A program made the translations under genes and the position numbers. From Vicugna vicugna (Eukaryota): a stretch of DNA of 64,000 nucleotides. Positions 15,295-28,131 of the stretch are shown piece after piece. The notes beneath the pieces are model-generated. The model did not search any database, had not been told where the DNA came from, and worked only from the letters and a program-made list of their open reading frames with translations. The stretch's first letter is position 1, and every line of letters begins with the position of its first letter. The stretch covers positions 62,001 through 126,000 of the forward strand of contig MU058054.1 of NCBI GenBank assembly GCA_013265495.1. Direction: 5' to 3'.

Positions 15295-15420
15295 GGGGAC
15301 GGGTACAGCTCAGTGGTAGAGTATGTGCCTAGCATGCACAAGGTCCTGGGTTCAACCCTCAGTACTGCCCCCAAAAAAGAAAAAATAAATAAGTAATATC
15401 TTTATTAAAAAAAAAAAAGG
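15295..15420 (+). mobile_element. tRNA-derived SINE
   Basis: ggggacgggtacagctcagtggtagag...gtcctgggttcaaccctcagtac followed by an A-rich tail. Confidence 0.88.
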
Positions 15421-17062
15421 GGAAAGAAATGGAATGCCAAACATGGGTTCTTCCTTTGTTGCACCATCCTCCCTTTCCCATGATCACCACAAACAAGTCC
15501 TCCAGCTGGCTGGTCTGCAACTCGTATGGTAACTCAGTTGTGCTGGGGAGACTGAGACAAAGTGGTATAGAAGCCACCGGCAAATTCTAAAATGCTACCA
15601 TTTCAAACATTATATATACTACATGTTTGATCTTTAAATTTTATTCCAGTAAAATCTTACATGCTGGATTTCTCTGTAAAACTGTACTTGCTGGCTTCTG
15701 AACCTAAATGGCTGGTTAATTAATCTCACAATTAAAAAATTTTAGTGTCATATTTACAATTATACAGGATTCTTTACTGATTCTGATTGTCAAGATTCCT
15801 TCCCAACAACAACAAAGTCCATCATTCTTAATTCCCAAGATAACATTCAAGAACACAGACAATCATTTATTTAAAACACAACAGATGCCTTCAGGCTTCT
15901 GGGCCACTTATACAAACAATAATAAAAATACTAAACTTATCAGCTAAAAAGACAGAATATTATCTACAAGGGGATGCAGATTTAGAAGGTAAATCTTAGA
16001 TTTTGTTTTGAAAGTCAGAAACTGGAGCTGCCATATTAGGAAGAAAAGTTTCTAGGGAAGAAATCCGCCTACAGAAAAAATTACTGCTTGTGATTTCCCA
16101 AAATTCAAGTACAGAGGAGCACAGCTTGTGTTAAATTGTTAGAAGGCAAATTTTCTAAAAGCAGAGCAGAGTGAATCATAAAACCTTTGAATGCCCTTTC
16201 CAATACTTATCAGAGCCTGCGTCCTTAGATTTGCATCACCTGATCTCCAGGCACTGGCTATTAGGCATGTGGAGGAAGGCAAACTCAATTATAAAAAATA
16301 AGAGGAGAAGGAAACTGTGAAATCTAATCCAATGCCAGAGGAGCCGTTGGCAGAAAACACTGGTAACCAATGTTATTAAGATGTAGCAGAAACCTTACCC
16401 GCACTGCACAAAACAAGATGGATCATTTTAACTATTTAGGAGTGCTGAAGCATCTGCTGCCTTGTTTCCTAAGGCAAGAAACCAAGTTTTTATATACATA
16501 TATTTAATTCAAATCTTTTCCATAAATTATTCATACATCTTCCCAAGCCTAAAAGAATTGTAATTTTCTATATAGAAATGTTCTACTTAAAAAAGGAAAG
16601 AGCTTGACCTAGCTTTCTAAAATATTGAGACTATAAACCCAAGACACCTAGATTGTTGGTCTTCTCTAGAAAGTTATCGATATACTGTACCACATCAAAT
16701 TGGAACTACTTGGAACAGAGCTCAGGAAAATAAAATATATGTAACCCAGAGAACAGATATTTGTTGTGTTTAACAGGAAAGATTGTTTGACAAATATTAA
16801 AACTTAAATAGAAGCCACCTTCAAAGACTTAAAAAAATAAGCAAGTGACTTGTTTCATCACCAAATGAAAAATGACATCCATATGACCAACTAAACTGTC
16901 TCAGAATTTCAGATTCTTCAGTCTGTAGCACAGAGTTTGCAAAAACTATTAGAATACTTAGAATTTAGGAGGATCAAGAATAGGAGATAATCTTCACAGA
17001 TAAATTTCTAATATTTTAATGACAATTTTTAGTAAAAAATCAAATTTAAGAGAAAATGCCCT

Positions 17063-17252
17063 GTAAACAAGTTTCTTCTGTATAGCACAGGGAACTATAT
17101 TCAATGTCTTGTAGTAACCTATAATGAAAAAGAATATAAAACGAATATATGTATGTATATATGTATGGCTGAAACATTATGCTGTACACCAGAAATTGAC
17201 ACACTGTAAACTGACTAAACTTCAATTAAAAAAAAAAAAAAAGGTGGGAAGA
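17063..17252 (+). mobile_element. Short young L1 3' end with 15-bp TSD
   Basis: TSD aagagaaaa(t/c)gccct at 17048 and ~17253; poly-A at 17228-17242. Confidence 0.87.
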
Positions 17253-19440
17253 AAGAGAAAACGCCCTAATGCTGAATGAAAAGAAGCCAGTCTCAAAAGG
17301 TTATGTACTTAAAGATCTAGAATATAGTAGCAGCTGACAGGGACTGAACAGAGGGGAGAATGGGGAGTTACTGTTTAATGGCTATTAACGGGTATTTCAG
17401 CTTTACAAGATGAAGAGTTATGGGAATGGATGGTGGTGATGGCTGTACAACAAACGTATTTAATACCAGTAAAATGTACACTTAAAAATTTTAAAAATCA
17501 CAAAAGAATATACAATTTAATTTAAGTATGTAATCTGTCAAAGCACACACACACAAAAGAAAATGCCTGAGGTTTTTTCATTTTATCTTTGTTATTTACT
17601 GTCACTGTCTTAAATGAGAAAACAATGAAATTGTAATGAGTTCTGTAAGACTACAAATATAAAAAACATAATTTGCTTTCTTCCCTGTTTCTCCCAATCC
17701 TTCTCTCCATTATAACCCTCCCAAAGAGGTGACAGGGAGATGAAAGCAGATTTCTTAAAAACAAAACATAACAAAATGAACTTAATCATAAAAATTATAA
17801 TTTATGCTGTTCCTCCAAAGACACCACTTAAAATTATTTTTACGCAAAAGGACAAATAAACTTCTAATTTCATTGTCTGTGGAGAGTTAGGTAAGAATGG
17901 TGCAAAAGAAAATCAGTAGAAGCCCTCTTAATTGATGTTCTGTTAACTGGATTTACTGATGCTCCCAATTGCTTCTATCCATCCTGACTTACGCTCTAGC
18001 AAGGCGACAGCTCATGCTAGCAGACCACTCTTCAGTATTTCTGCGCACTTCTGCTCACACCACTTGGTGTGCTCACCAAGAACCAGAGGTGTTTATTCTC
18101 AGACCTGTTTATGCCAGTTGCACTTGTAATTATAAAACTTAAATATTACAAAATCTATGAAATACAGTGCAAAAGGAAAGAGTTGCTCTTTTTATGAAAA
18201 CTAAGTTAAATGCTCTGCAAAGACCCAATAAAAGCAAGCTGCTTAAAAAAAATTGCAATGGAATTAGGTGAGTGACATAACTATAAAAGTTTTTTCCTCC
18301 CGTTTTAACAGATTCTGCACTCAAATTGCTTCACAAAAGCCTTTAAATTCTCTCTCCACTTTAAAGAAGCTAAAGCTCGGAAATCAGGGTCTCAAAGAAA
18401 AGACCTTGACCCACAACATGAAAAGATAGGCAAGTAAATATACATTAATATGTTTTACATTAAGGTAAGATGTTTAGATTATTATGTATCACTTTTATTA
18501 TTCATCACTTTTATCAATTAACTACTGGTTCCAATTTGGATAACAGACGATAGCATATCTATCCTTCAGTAATCAGCTGGAAGAACACTGAATCCGAACA
18601 TTAGAAACAACACTCAACGTCAATTATTATTCCTTATATCAATCTATGAGACATCTCTAATCCATAGACACGGAATATGAACTTACTCTGATGTATTATC
18701 TAAGATTTTTAAAAACCTGAAAAGGAAGACATCCTTAGAGCACATACAATTTGGTTTAAATTTCATATGAAGCAAACCCTTGAGACAGTTTACCAAACTT
18801 ACATGACTACTCCAAATGAATGCAAAATAACTGTTCTCTACACGTTAGCCATTGAAACAACTGCAACAATTAAAAATATGTACAGGCACTACATGGAAAA
18901 ATGTACTTTCTCTTTGAAGATTTACCTGAGTCAAGGAAGACAGAAATAAACTTAGTAACAAATATAAAATTGAGTATTAATGAAGTTGTTTACTTAAAAT
19001 TGAAATCAAATGCTACATTCTAAAGGATTATTATTCTTTCAGTCACTGTGAAAATATTTTGTTTTTGCCTTTATTTGCTTTAATACTGGCCAACTTAAAG
19101 AATATATATAAAATAAAAATGTTCTAAATAATTTTATTATTCTAAATAAAATAATATTAAAGGACTAAGGGGAAATATCTTGCCTTAAATGGACATAACA
19201 AAATACTTTAATCCAAAATTACTTGTCCTTCTGACTTTCATAATTGTGTAAAATCCCTGGCTCATCAACACCAACAGTGGCACACTATGCAAATAAGATG
19301 TTTCAAACGAAGTACACTCTAACACCTGGTGCTCAATACACTATGAAGACTGAAATAGTCGGGATCAATACATGTGGCTAAGATCCTGCTGGGTTAAGTC
19401 AGTTAATATTTGAGATTCTCCTCTTCAAAAGCAGAAACAC

Positions 19441-19471
19441 ACGCACACAAACACACACACACACACACACA
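19441..19471 (+). repeat. (AC)n microsatellite
   Basis: Imperfect AC run. Confidence 0.9.
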
Positions 19472-21021
19472 ACAAAGACTGACTAGAAAAACACACTAGG
19501 AATACTTTAAAATTTATTCTTTAAAGCAGTGTCTATGGATTCTACATCAAACATGTGGTATTTTAATAATTAGGAAAAAATTTTAAATAGAGTATATGAA
19601 ATATCCGAGTCATCAATTAACCAGAGATCAGAGCAGGGGCAGAACAATAAAGGGAAGGACACTGCTTTTCTCCCTCCTCTATTTCCCATCCCCATCATAA
19701 GCCACTATTTACTGTTTATGATACATGGTGTGCCACAGTTGTGTTTGGAATGTAAAATAGTTAAAATTCACTGAATTAGAATAAAGTAAAAGACTCTATT
19801 GTTTTTAAATAAATTGGAGAGCTAATAAATGTTTACTGAACTACTACCACATAACAGGTTCACAGCTAGCTATTATGGAAATATACACATGAATACAGCA
19901 GACCCTACCATTTTGAGGAACTAACAACAACAAAATGCTGTAAGAGCATGCAGCAAAGTGAAACTGATCTGGATAGGGGAAGAAACAGGCAGATATAAGG
20001 GTGACATCTTAGAAAGACTAATGGAAAAGGTTTTAAAAAGCATTTGAAATGGGCCTCATAGAACAAACAGGATTTTAATATTGACAGACAAAAAATACAC
20101 AGTAAATCAAACATTTTACTTTACAACCACCTCTACTTCATCTCTCAATTCTTCTGGTTAACCATGGAAAATAAAAAGAATTCTGTTTAATATGTGTTCC
20201 AAAATGATAAAGACCTTAGAAATACTGAACGTTAAAGAAATGAATTATCTAATAAGATGGAGGAATACCACAAGTATTTTGATTTTAGTCAGAAACATGA
20301 ACCATGCATAAAAACATTCAGCTTACACTAGACATCTTAAAATCTGTTTAAAGGACATAGTGCTTAAGGACAAAATGGAAAGGGAAAAAAATGAAAAATG
20401 AAATTTACCCATCACAGTCTTGACTCAAGTGATTATCGTGATGAACTAGCTAGCTACAGGTCAAAACTAAAATCTTAAGAGCTTGTAATGATTTTAAATG
20501 TATATATGTTTAGAAACAAAGAGAATGTTGGAAGCCATTTAATTTTTCAGACAACATTGTTTTCTTAGATTCAAAACAAATTTCTAATCCTTCAGAAAAA
20601 TGAATTCCATGATGAAGTAGTCACTGCATTTAATGAAGTACAAAGGTAGTCTTTTAACAATGTTAAAAAATCTTACAGCTCTTTTTTCAATTGTTTTTTA
20701 TTTAACAGAGCCTCAAAATATATTCATCTTAAATGCTGCAGATTATTCAGCATCTTTTTACAATCCTTTTCAGATTCACTGAGCATTTCCATCCCCTGAA
20801 TATTTACTGAATCAATTAACTTCTACAAATTACTTTCTAGTGAGATATTTTTATGCATAACCAAAATGTTTGCTTTTGTTTTAATTCTATGATAACAATG
20901 AGAAACTAGAAATCTATTTACATACCATCAAGCAATTCTACACCACCTATTCATTCAGTGTGTATACCACAATGAATTTATTCTTGAAAACTGGTATTCA
21001 AATCAAATTATACTTTAAATG

Positions 21022-21285
21022 TATAGTCGATTTTTATTACTTGTGGTAGCTGTTCTATAAAGTCACCACAAACAATGAATTAGTGAATACTGAACCACTG
21101 CTCCTATGGGCAATGTAGGGTTAGGTTCCTGCAAGCCTCTGATCACGTTTTCATCAACTGATCAATACCTAAACTTGTTTTATGTGTGTTTCTGTTTAGA
21201 GACACCTTATTTAACATATATTGATGATTCATTAACACTAAGTTCATGGCCAACAGCAGTGTAACTCATGCCTAAACAAAACTAA
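21022..21285 (+). mobile_element. Tigger/TcMar-type DNA transposon fragment (MER6-like)
   Basis: gttctataaagtcaccacaaacaatgaattagtgaatactgaaccactgctcct...ggttaggttcctgc resembles the remembered consensus; family name uncertain. Confidence 0.55.
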
Positions 21286-21384
21286 TCTATATCTTCTAAT
21301 AATCTATAATGGGAAAGAATCTGGGAAAGAATATATATAAATCACTCACCAATTCCCCACAATGAAATATTTAATGATTTGTAA

Positions 21385-21607
21385 CAGGGGTCGGCAAACT
21401 TTTTCTGTTAAGGGTCAGACAGTAAATATTTTATGTTTTGCAGACATACATGGTCTCTGTTGTGTATTCTTCTTTGTTTTTGTTATTATTCTACGATACT
21501 TTAGGAATATTAAAAAAAAAACAAAACCCAAAACATTCTTAGCTCAGACTCACAAAAACAAGCTGCAAGTTGGATCTGCCTTGCCAGCCATAGTTTGCCA
21601 ACCACTG
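21385..21607 (+). mobile_element. MER58-like hAT-Charlie MITE
   Basis: TIRs caggggtcggcaaact / agtttgccaaccactg; 8-bp TSD atttgtaa / atttataa. Confidence 0.88.
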
Positions 21608-21649
21608 ATTTATAACAAACCAGCATCTGGAAGTCTGATATTTTAAACT

Positions 21650-21777
21650 TTGTTTTTTTTGTATTTAAAAAAAATTTTTTTTCCCTTAATGGAGGCACTG
21701 GGGATTGAACCCAGGACCTCCATTACTCAAACTCGTGCACTCAAACACGTACTCTACCAATGAGCTACACCTTCCCA
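21650..21777 (-). mobile_element. tRNA-derived SINE
   Basis: ggcactggggattgaacccaggacctc...ctctaccaatgagctacacc with a T-rich tail on the left. Confidence 0.82.
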
Positions 21778-22539
21778 GTTCCTAATATTTGACATATATT
21801 ACAAATACAAGTTTGGTGATATATATTACACCAAAGGCATCAGAGATCACAATAGGTCAGTTTTACTCCACCTTAAATAAAGTAAGATAGCATTATAGCA
21901 ATTAAAATTACAAGCTGATTAATGCATCAAATTCTATTAATATCTAGACACTAATCAAATGATGGGGAAACACAGTAACTGAAGGTTCAAGTATTCATTA
22001 GTAGTATATAACCATGATCAAGTGTATACCTGCAAAGTACACGTATCCACTTGAAAAAGTCAGGTGAAATACTATACATCTAAGCTCAAATCCCCTTTTA
22101 TAATAATTAAAACCATTTACTTACTTAAATAATCGAAAATAGTCATTTGTTTCAGATGTCATTAATCCTTGAAAATCAAAAACTGAATTCAAAGACTGGT
22201 AGTAGTCACTGGGTTTTAATTTTCTAATTTGTAAGGGTTATTATGAAATATTTATCAACAATCTAAAACATTACACTTTAAAAACATTTATATTCTTGGA
22301 AACTTTTTAACATTCACTGGTCAGCAACCATCACTGAAGACTTGAATGTACTTTTTTTCTGTCTAAAACAGCTTTTACGTATTTGATTTTTGTCTAAAAT
22401 TGAAAGATCCTTATCATCATCTGGATGCTATTACCACATGTAAATTTCATTATGAATAATAAACTGGGTCAAAGTCAAACTCAAAAATGAAAATGTATCC
22501 CCCAAAAGAAACCAAATAACCATTATAGAATAATCTTAC

Positions 22540-22984
22540 CTAGACTGGTGGGTTTTATCAGTTCATCCAGTAAGTCATAAAATGGTAATTTTTGAAGTTT
22601 TATATCCGGATGGACTGGGTGAAGAGCTGATGTTAGATGTGGGAGTTCCAGTTCATGTTTAGGTCCCAGAAGAGAAACAGGGAGTAACGGTGATGATGCA
22701 GGGTGACCGTCATAAGTGAGCTGTGGAATGGTAGATGGAGACAAAGTTGCTGGCATAGGACTTGAATGTACGTTGGGGATGGACAAGTCCGCAGGCGTCA
22801 TGATTTTCTGGGGGAACCTCCGCCTATAGAGTTCTTTAATTTTCATTTGTACAGCAGGACTGCAGCCAGCCTTTAGCAAATGCAGGGCTTTTGTGAGAAG
22901 TTCGTGTTTGCGTCCGTGCTTGTTTCTCCCGGCGTAGCCCAACAGTACTTGGAGCTCAGAAACTCTAAGGCTCATAACCATTTG
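22540..22984 (-). CDS. PIAS1: PIAS1 coding exon 2 (SAP domain with LXXLL motif, running into the start of the PINIT region), 445 nt
   Basis: Acceptor ttttgtctctaag|CAAATG and donor CTAG|gtaaga. Translation QMVMSLRVSELQVLLGYAGRNKHGRKHELLTKALHLLKAGC...LPFYDLLDELIKPTSL matches mammalian PIAS1 and is in frame with exon 1. Confidence 0.98.
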
Positions 22985-24909
22985 CTTAGAGACAAAACAA
23001 AACGTAAATATTAGTATTCAACAGTATAGTCTGCAACATTAAACAGTACTTTATTATAATACTTACTCCTTATGCTTTGCTTAATGGTCAGCTCATTTAC
23101 AGTCAATTCTACTCATTTCAAACTTAGAATTCAACCATTTAATGTAAGTAACCAAAGAAACTTAAAATTAATATTCATAAATTCACTAACATGTACCGAG
23201 GGTTATAGAAGATGTAAAATATATACCAGGTAGAGCCACATCTCACCACATTTCACTGTTACAATGGAATTTTCAGGTATTTTTATCAAACACTGAGGAT
23301 TCAGGAGAGTGCTGAGTGGATGGCAAAAGATAATAATGAGCCCTCAAGAACATTTGTTTTCTTGTAGAAAAATTATGTAAGTATGTATGAAACATAGACA
23401 GCCCACCTCAAACACCAGATGTAGGCAGCATACAAATAACATTACCAGGCATTACATTCTACACTAACTTGGGTATTATTATAGGGCTTAAACCATACCT
23501 TTTTTACCCATTATATACCAGATACAGTTGATATTTCATATGGGTTGTCACTAAATCTTTTACAACTCCACGAGGTGTCATCCTTCCAGCTTTACATATG
23601 AAGAAACTAGTTAAGAAAGGTTAAATAACTTACCTAAGGCTGTGTAGCAACTAAGTAGCAATCAGGATTCAAACCCAGATACGCATGATTCTAAACCCCA
23701 TGATCTTTCCACTAAACCATTTTGAAAAGGATGACGCTGGAAGCATTATAGACTTTCTCTACTGTTTGCAAAGCCAGGCTAAGAAGTCCCAGAATTTAAT
23801 CCACATGCATGAGGCTGTGGTAAAGAAATCTATTTAACTTTAACTCTATATTGTCAAACTTACTCGGTCACTCTCCTTTTTCCCCAACTACTAAGAGGCT
23901 ACCAACAGGAAATGCCCATCTACACCAATTCTCTCACTTTAAAGTTGAGGAAAATGAAATCCAAAGATCACACAGCTATTAACAACAAAAACACATGACT
24001 GACTCACTCGACTGGCATACAGCTATGAACAGCAGAACCCTGACTTTACCATCGACAGGGAGATGTCAGGATGAAAGACATGTAAGCTTACCATTTGCCC
24101 TCTATTTTCCCAAATGTTTTATCCTTTCACCTTATCAAAGTACCAGTAACACAAAAGCTAAGCTGTCTTCCCTAATTTCCTTCTACTCCCTGAGATATCC
24201 ATCCCAAGCCAATCATCTAGAAACTGAAGTTATTTGCAGATTACAAAACAATTAAAAAAAAAAGTGAGAAAAAAAGTGTACAAACAGCTTTATATACAAT
24301 ATAGCTGGTTAATCAAAGAAGTATGAGCCTTTTCCGGCCTGGAGAATGCTTTGTTTCCTCAAAGCCAGCTTTTGTCATCAGCCTTGCCCTCTGGGCCTAG
24401 CAAGACTTAATGACACTCTTCACACTACTTTTACTGGCCATTGTTCATCTCTTTATTTTAGCACTTACCTTGCTGTATTATAACTTTCTTTTCATACAAA
24501 TGATTCCATGATCAGACTGAGGTCCTCTATGGTACAAAGTCGTGTTATCCTCAGCATCTAACACTAGTGCCCAACGATAGTAAAAAACTCATCAAACGTC
24601 TGGACAATGAATGAACGATGAACAAAGTAAACAAGAAAGTCACACAAAAAGAAAGAGTGGAGATGGATTCTACAGTGCTAAGTTACACACATAACTATAA
24701 TATAAATCCAAATGAACTCTCAAGCTCTTATGTTCACCAATGTAGACCTTAAAAACAAATTCTACCACAAATCCTATAAATGTTTTTTTTAGATTATGTT
24801 ATCAGAAATTAAATAATTACTAACTATAATGTCAGCAGGATATCAGTTTCTCCATACTATCGAAACTGTCCTAAGAGTACAAAATAGTTTTAAAAATTTT
24901 TGTTACTTA

Positions 24910-25027
24910 TTTTATTTTGGGGGGGTAATTAGGTTTACTTATTTATTTTAACAGAAGTACTGGGGACTGAACACAGGATCTCATGCATGCTAAGCATGCA
25001 CTCTACCACTGAGCTATATCTCCCCCC
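24910..25027 (-). mobile_element. tRNA-derived SINE
   Basis: gtactggggactgaacacaggatctc...ctctaccactgagctatatc; TSD ttacttatttt. Confidence 0.85.
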
Positions 25028-25765
25028 ATTACTTATTTTAAAAGGAATGGGGATTTCAACAGAAAAGCCCTAAAAGTAAGCCTCTGCTTTTAGAGAAATA
25101 GCACAAATTATGCTTCAAAGATTATAGGTTAAAAATAAATTTAAGTTGGCACTGGTCAGATGTATTTCGTTTTACAGAGAAAACAGGATAAATTTTTAGA
25201 AAGAAAAGAATGTCTTCCATTTCAATTCAACTCCATTCTCCTAAGTCAAACACAAACAAAAACCAAAATTCAGTGGGTATCCATAAACTTACGGCAGCTC
25301 CGTCCTGACTCTATAGGTATAGGATTTAAAAACAACAGAGACGTATTATTGTTCTATTTTTGCAAGAACACGTTGACAATTAACATAGAATAAAATCTCT
25401 TGCTTGATGAACGACAGAAAAAAGTTAATGGCACAGGTATATAATTTTTGTTTTTGCTTTCACAGGATGCATAATTAATCATCACAATTATGAGGCAGGT
25501 GTTGTCCCCAGTTTATAGATGGGAAATCTGAGGCCTCAGAAGGTTAAGAAATTTGTTGAATGTTACACAACTAGTTCTACTCTAAATATACTTTTATACT
25601 ATGCTAGTGTCTTTTAGAGGAAACAAACCACATGCCTTTTAATTAGGAAACAGAAAAACTTTAAAAAAGATCAATTTATTTAACATCTTCAAGTTTCAAC
25701 ATCTTTGGCTTTAAAAAAAAATTAGTGGTTAAGATAAAAGAAAACATCTGGATTAAAATTAACCA

Positions 25766-26841
25766 TGGAGGGGTTGCACTGGATCTGTGGATTGCTTTGG
25801 GTAGTGTGGCCATTTTGATAGTGTTGATTGTTACAATTCAAGAGCACAAGAAATCTTTCCATTTCTTTGTGTCATTTCGGTTTTCAAAGTATAGGTAATA
25901 TCCTTGGTTAAGCTCATTCCTAGGTATTTTGAAGTTTTTGATGTAATGGAAATGTTTATGCCGGTTACAAGACTCTGGTTTTTGAAGTAAAAACAAAAAA
26001 ATAAATGAAGGGCTGCAAATGGCAAAATATCCTTCTTTCTTATGTGTGAGTTGTATTCCATTATATATTTATATGCTGCATCTTCATCATCTATTCAACT
26101 ATTGGTGTCCACTCAGGATGCTTCCATATCTTGGCAATTGTAAATAATGTTACTGTTAATAGCAGAGTATATGTATCTTTCTGAATTAATTCTTAATTTG
26201 TGGTTCGCTTTATTCCTTTGATAACTACGTAAGTTTAAAAAGCTAAAGCTCTTAACGTTCTTAGACACAATGAACAGTACATATACGTAAATTTAAAAAA
26301 TATATGTGCAGTAAAAAAGAAAAAAAGAAATGAGCTATTAAGTCATGAAAGACATGGAAGAAACTTAAGACGTATTACTGAATGAAAGAAGCCAGTCTGA
26401 AAAGGCTACAAACTGTACGATTCCAACCAAATGACATTGTGGAAAAGGCACAGCTACAGAAACAATAAAAAGATCGTGGTTTCCAGGGGTTTGGGGAGAG
26501 GGAGGGAGGGAGGGATGAATAGATGGAGAACAAGGGATTTTTAGGGCAATGAAATTATTCTGTATGACACTGTAGTGGTGGCTACATGTCATTATACATT
26601 TGTCAAAACCCAGAGAATGTACAGCATCAAGAGTGAACCCTAATGTAAACTGTGGACTTTGGTTGATAATAATGTGTCCATGTTGGTTCATCAGTTGTAC
26701 CAAATATGCCACACTGATGAGGGATGTTGAGGGTAGGGGAGTGTGTATGTGTGGGTGGGGAGAGCTATGTGCGAACTCTGTATTTTCTGCTCAATTCTGC
26801 TGTGAACCTGAAACTGCTCTAAAAAAATTAAGTTTATTAAT
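25766..26841. mobile_element. Composite L1-containing insertion: minus-strand L1 pieces plus a plus-strand L1MC-type 3' end, flanked by a 52-bp direct repeat
   Basis: Repeat at 25714-25765 and 26842-26893; L1MC-like 3'UTR at ~26320-26840 ending in AATAAA and an A tract. Confidence 0.75.
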
Positions 26842-27721
26842 AAAAAAAATTAGTGGTTAAGATAAAAGAAAACATTTGGATTAAAATTAGCCACTGCACC
26901 TTATTATCAGGTATAGTGAAAGATGAGAAGGTATCTGTTGCTATTATTGGAGCAGCTGCTGTATATTCTTTAGGACAGTAGTAAGCACGCCTTATTTAAA
27001 AAAAAGAAATAAAACAGGACAGGAAACACAAACATCTGAAGTATCACCCAACTGGAAAGCTTCAGAGAAGCATGGAACAGTCAATTCACAACGTAAAGTG
27101 TTGACAACACAGAGGAAAACTAAACACATCTGAGATGCTGAAATGCAGTACATTTTTATCTTTCATGTGTTTGAAAATCTCCATTTGTTAGCACTACAAC
27201 AAAATGAATATTTATAACTAAGGATAATATCAACCACTGCTACTTCTAGAAATCATTACCTCCTCAGACAGCATTCTGCTGACTCTTCATCCCCAAATGA
27301 TACAGTTCTCAGAATCTTAGAGAAAGCATTCTGTGAGGGGCATCTTTTTGAAATTAATCTTTTTAATCAGCCAGACATGCACACAGCTTCAAAAGTCAGT
27401 TTTACAAGTAAAACAGATGTCCCTTGCCCCTCTCACATTTTTCACATCCCTAAGGCAACCAACTTTCACATCTTTTTAGTGATTTCTTCTGGCATTTTTC
27501 ACTATATTCCACTATCTAAGGCTAGAGCTATTTAAAATTTTTTCCTTTTAGGAAAAAAACTGACTTCCTATTAAAAGATAATGGTTTTGATCTGTTTCAT
27601 CTCCTCTACCTCTATCTTCCCATCAAAATTTTTGGTTGAATCAATTGTTGGTGTTTATGTTATTACTATGGCTGTTAAGTAATATTCACAGCTGAGCCAA
27701 AAGCACATTATGATTACTGCT

Positions 27722-28131
27722 CCTTTTTTTTTTTACATTTTTTATTGATTCATAATCATTTTACAGTGTTGTGTCAAATTCCAGTGTTCAGCACATGTTT
27801 TCACTCATTCATGGACATATACACACTCGTCACATTTTTTTCTCTGTGATTTATCATAACATTTTGTGTATATTTCCCTGTGCTATACAGTGTAATCTTG
27901 TTTATCTATTCTACAATTTTGAAATCCCAGTCTATCCCTTCCCACCCTCTACCCCCCTTCTCTGGTAACCACAAGTCTGTATTCTCTGTCCATGAGTCTA
28001 TTTCTGTCCTGTATTTATGCTTTGTTTTTGTTTGTTTGTTTGTTTGTTTTTTAGATTCCACATATGAGCGATCTCATATGGTATTTTTCTTTCTCTTTCT
28101 GGCTTACTTCACTTAGAATGACATTCTCTAG
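27722..28131 (-). mobile_element. Young L1 3' end, sense to PIAS1, inserted in an older minus-strand L1 (~27350-29640)
   Basis: Reverse complement of the L1 3' end also present at 55891; poly-T on the left; TSD tactgctcctttttt on both sides. Confidence 0.87.

Noticed and set aside
15295..15370. tRNA-like sequence with A and B boxes (also at 8 other sites)
   Set aside because: Multiple diverged copies with AT-rich tails and TSDs, and no intact acceptor stem; these are SINEs, not tRNA genes.
22523..22539. ORF-track extension GKIIL* after exon 2
   Set aside because: Read-through past the canonical G|gtaaga donor into intron 2.
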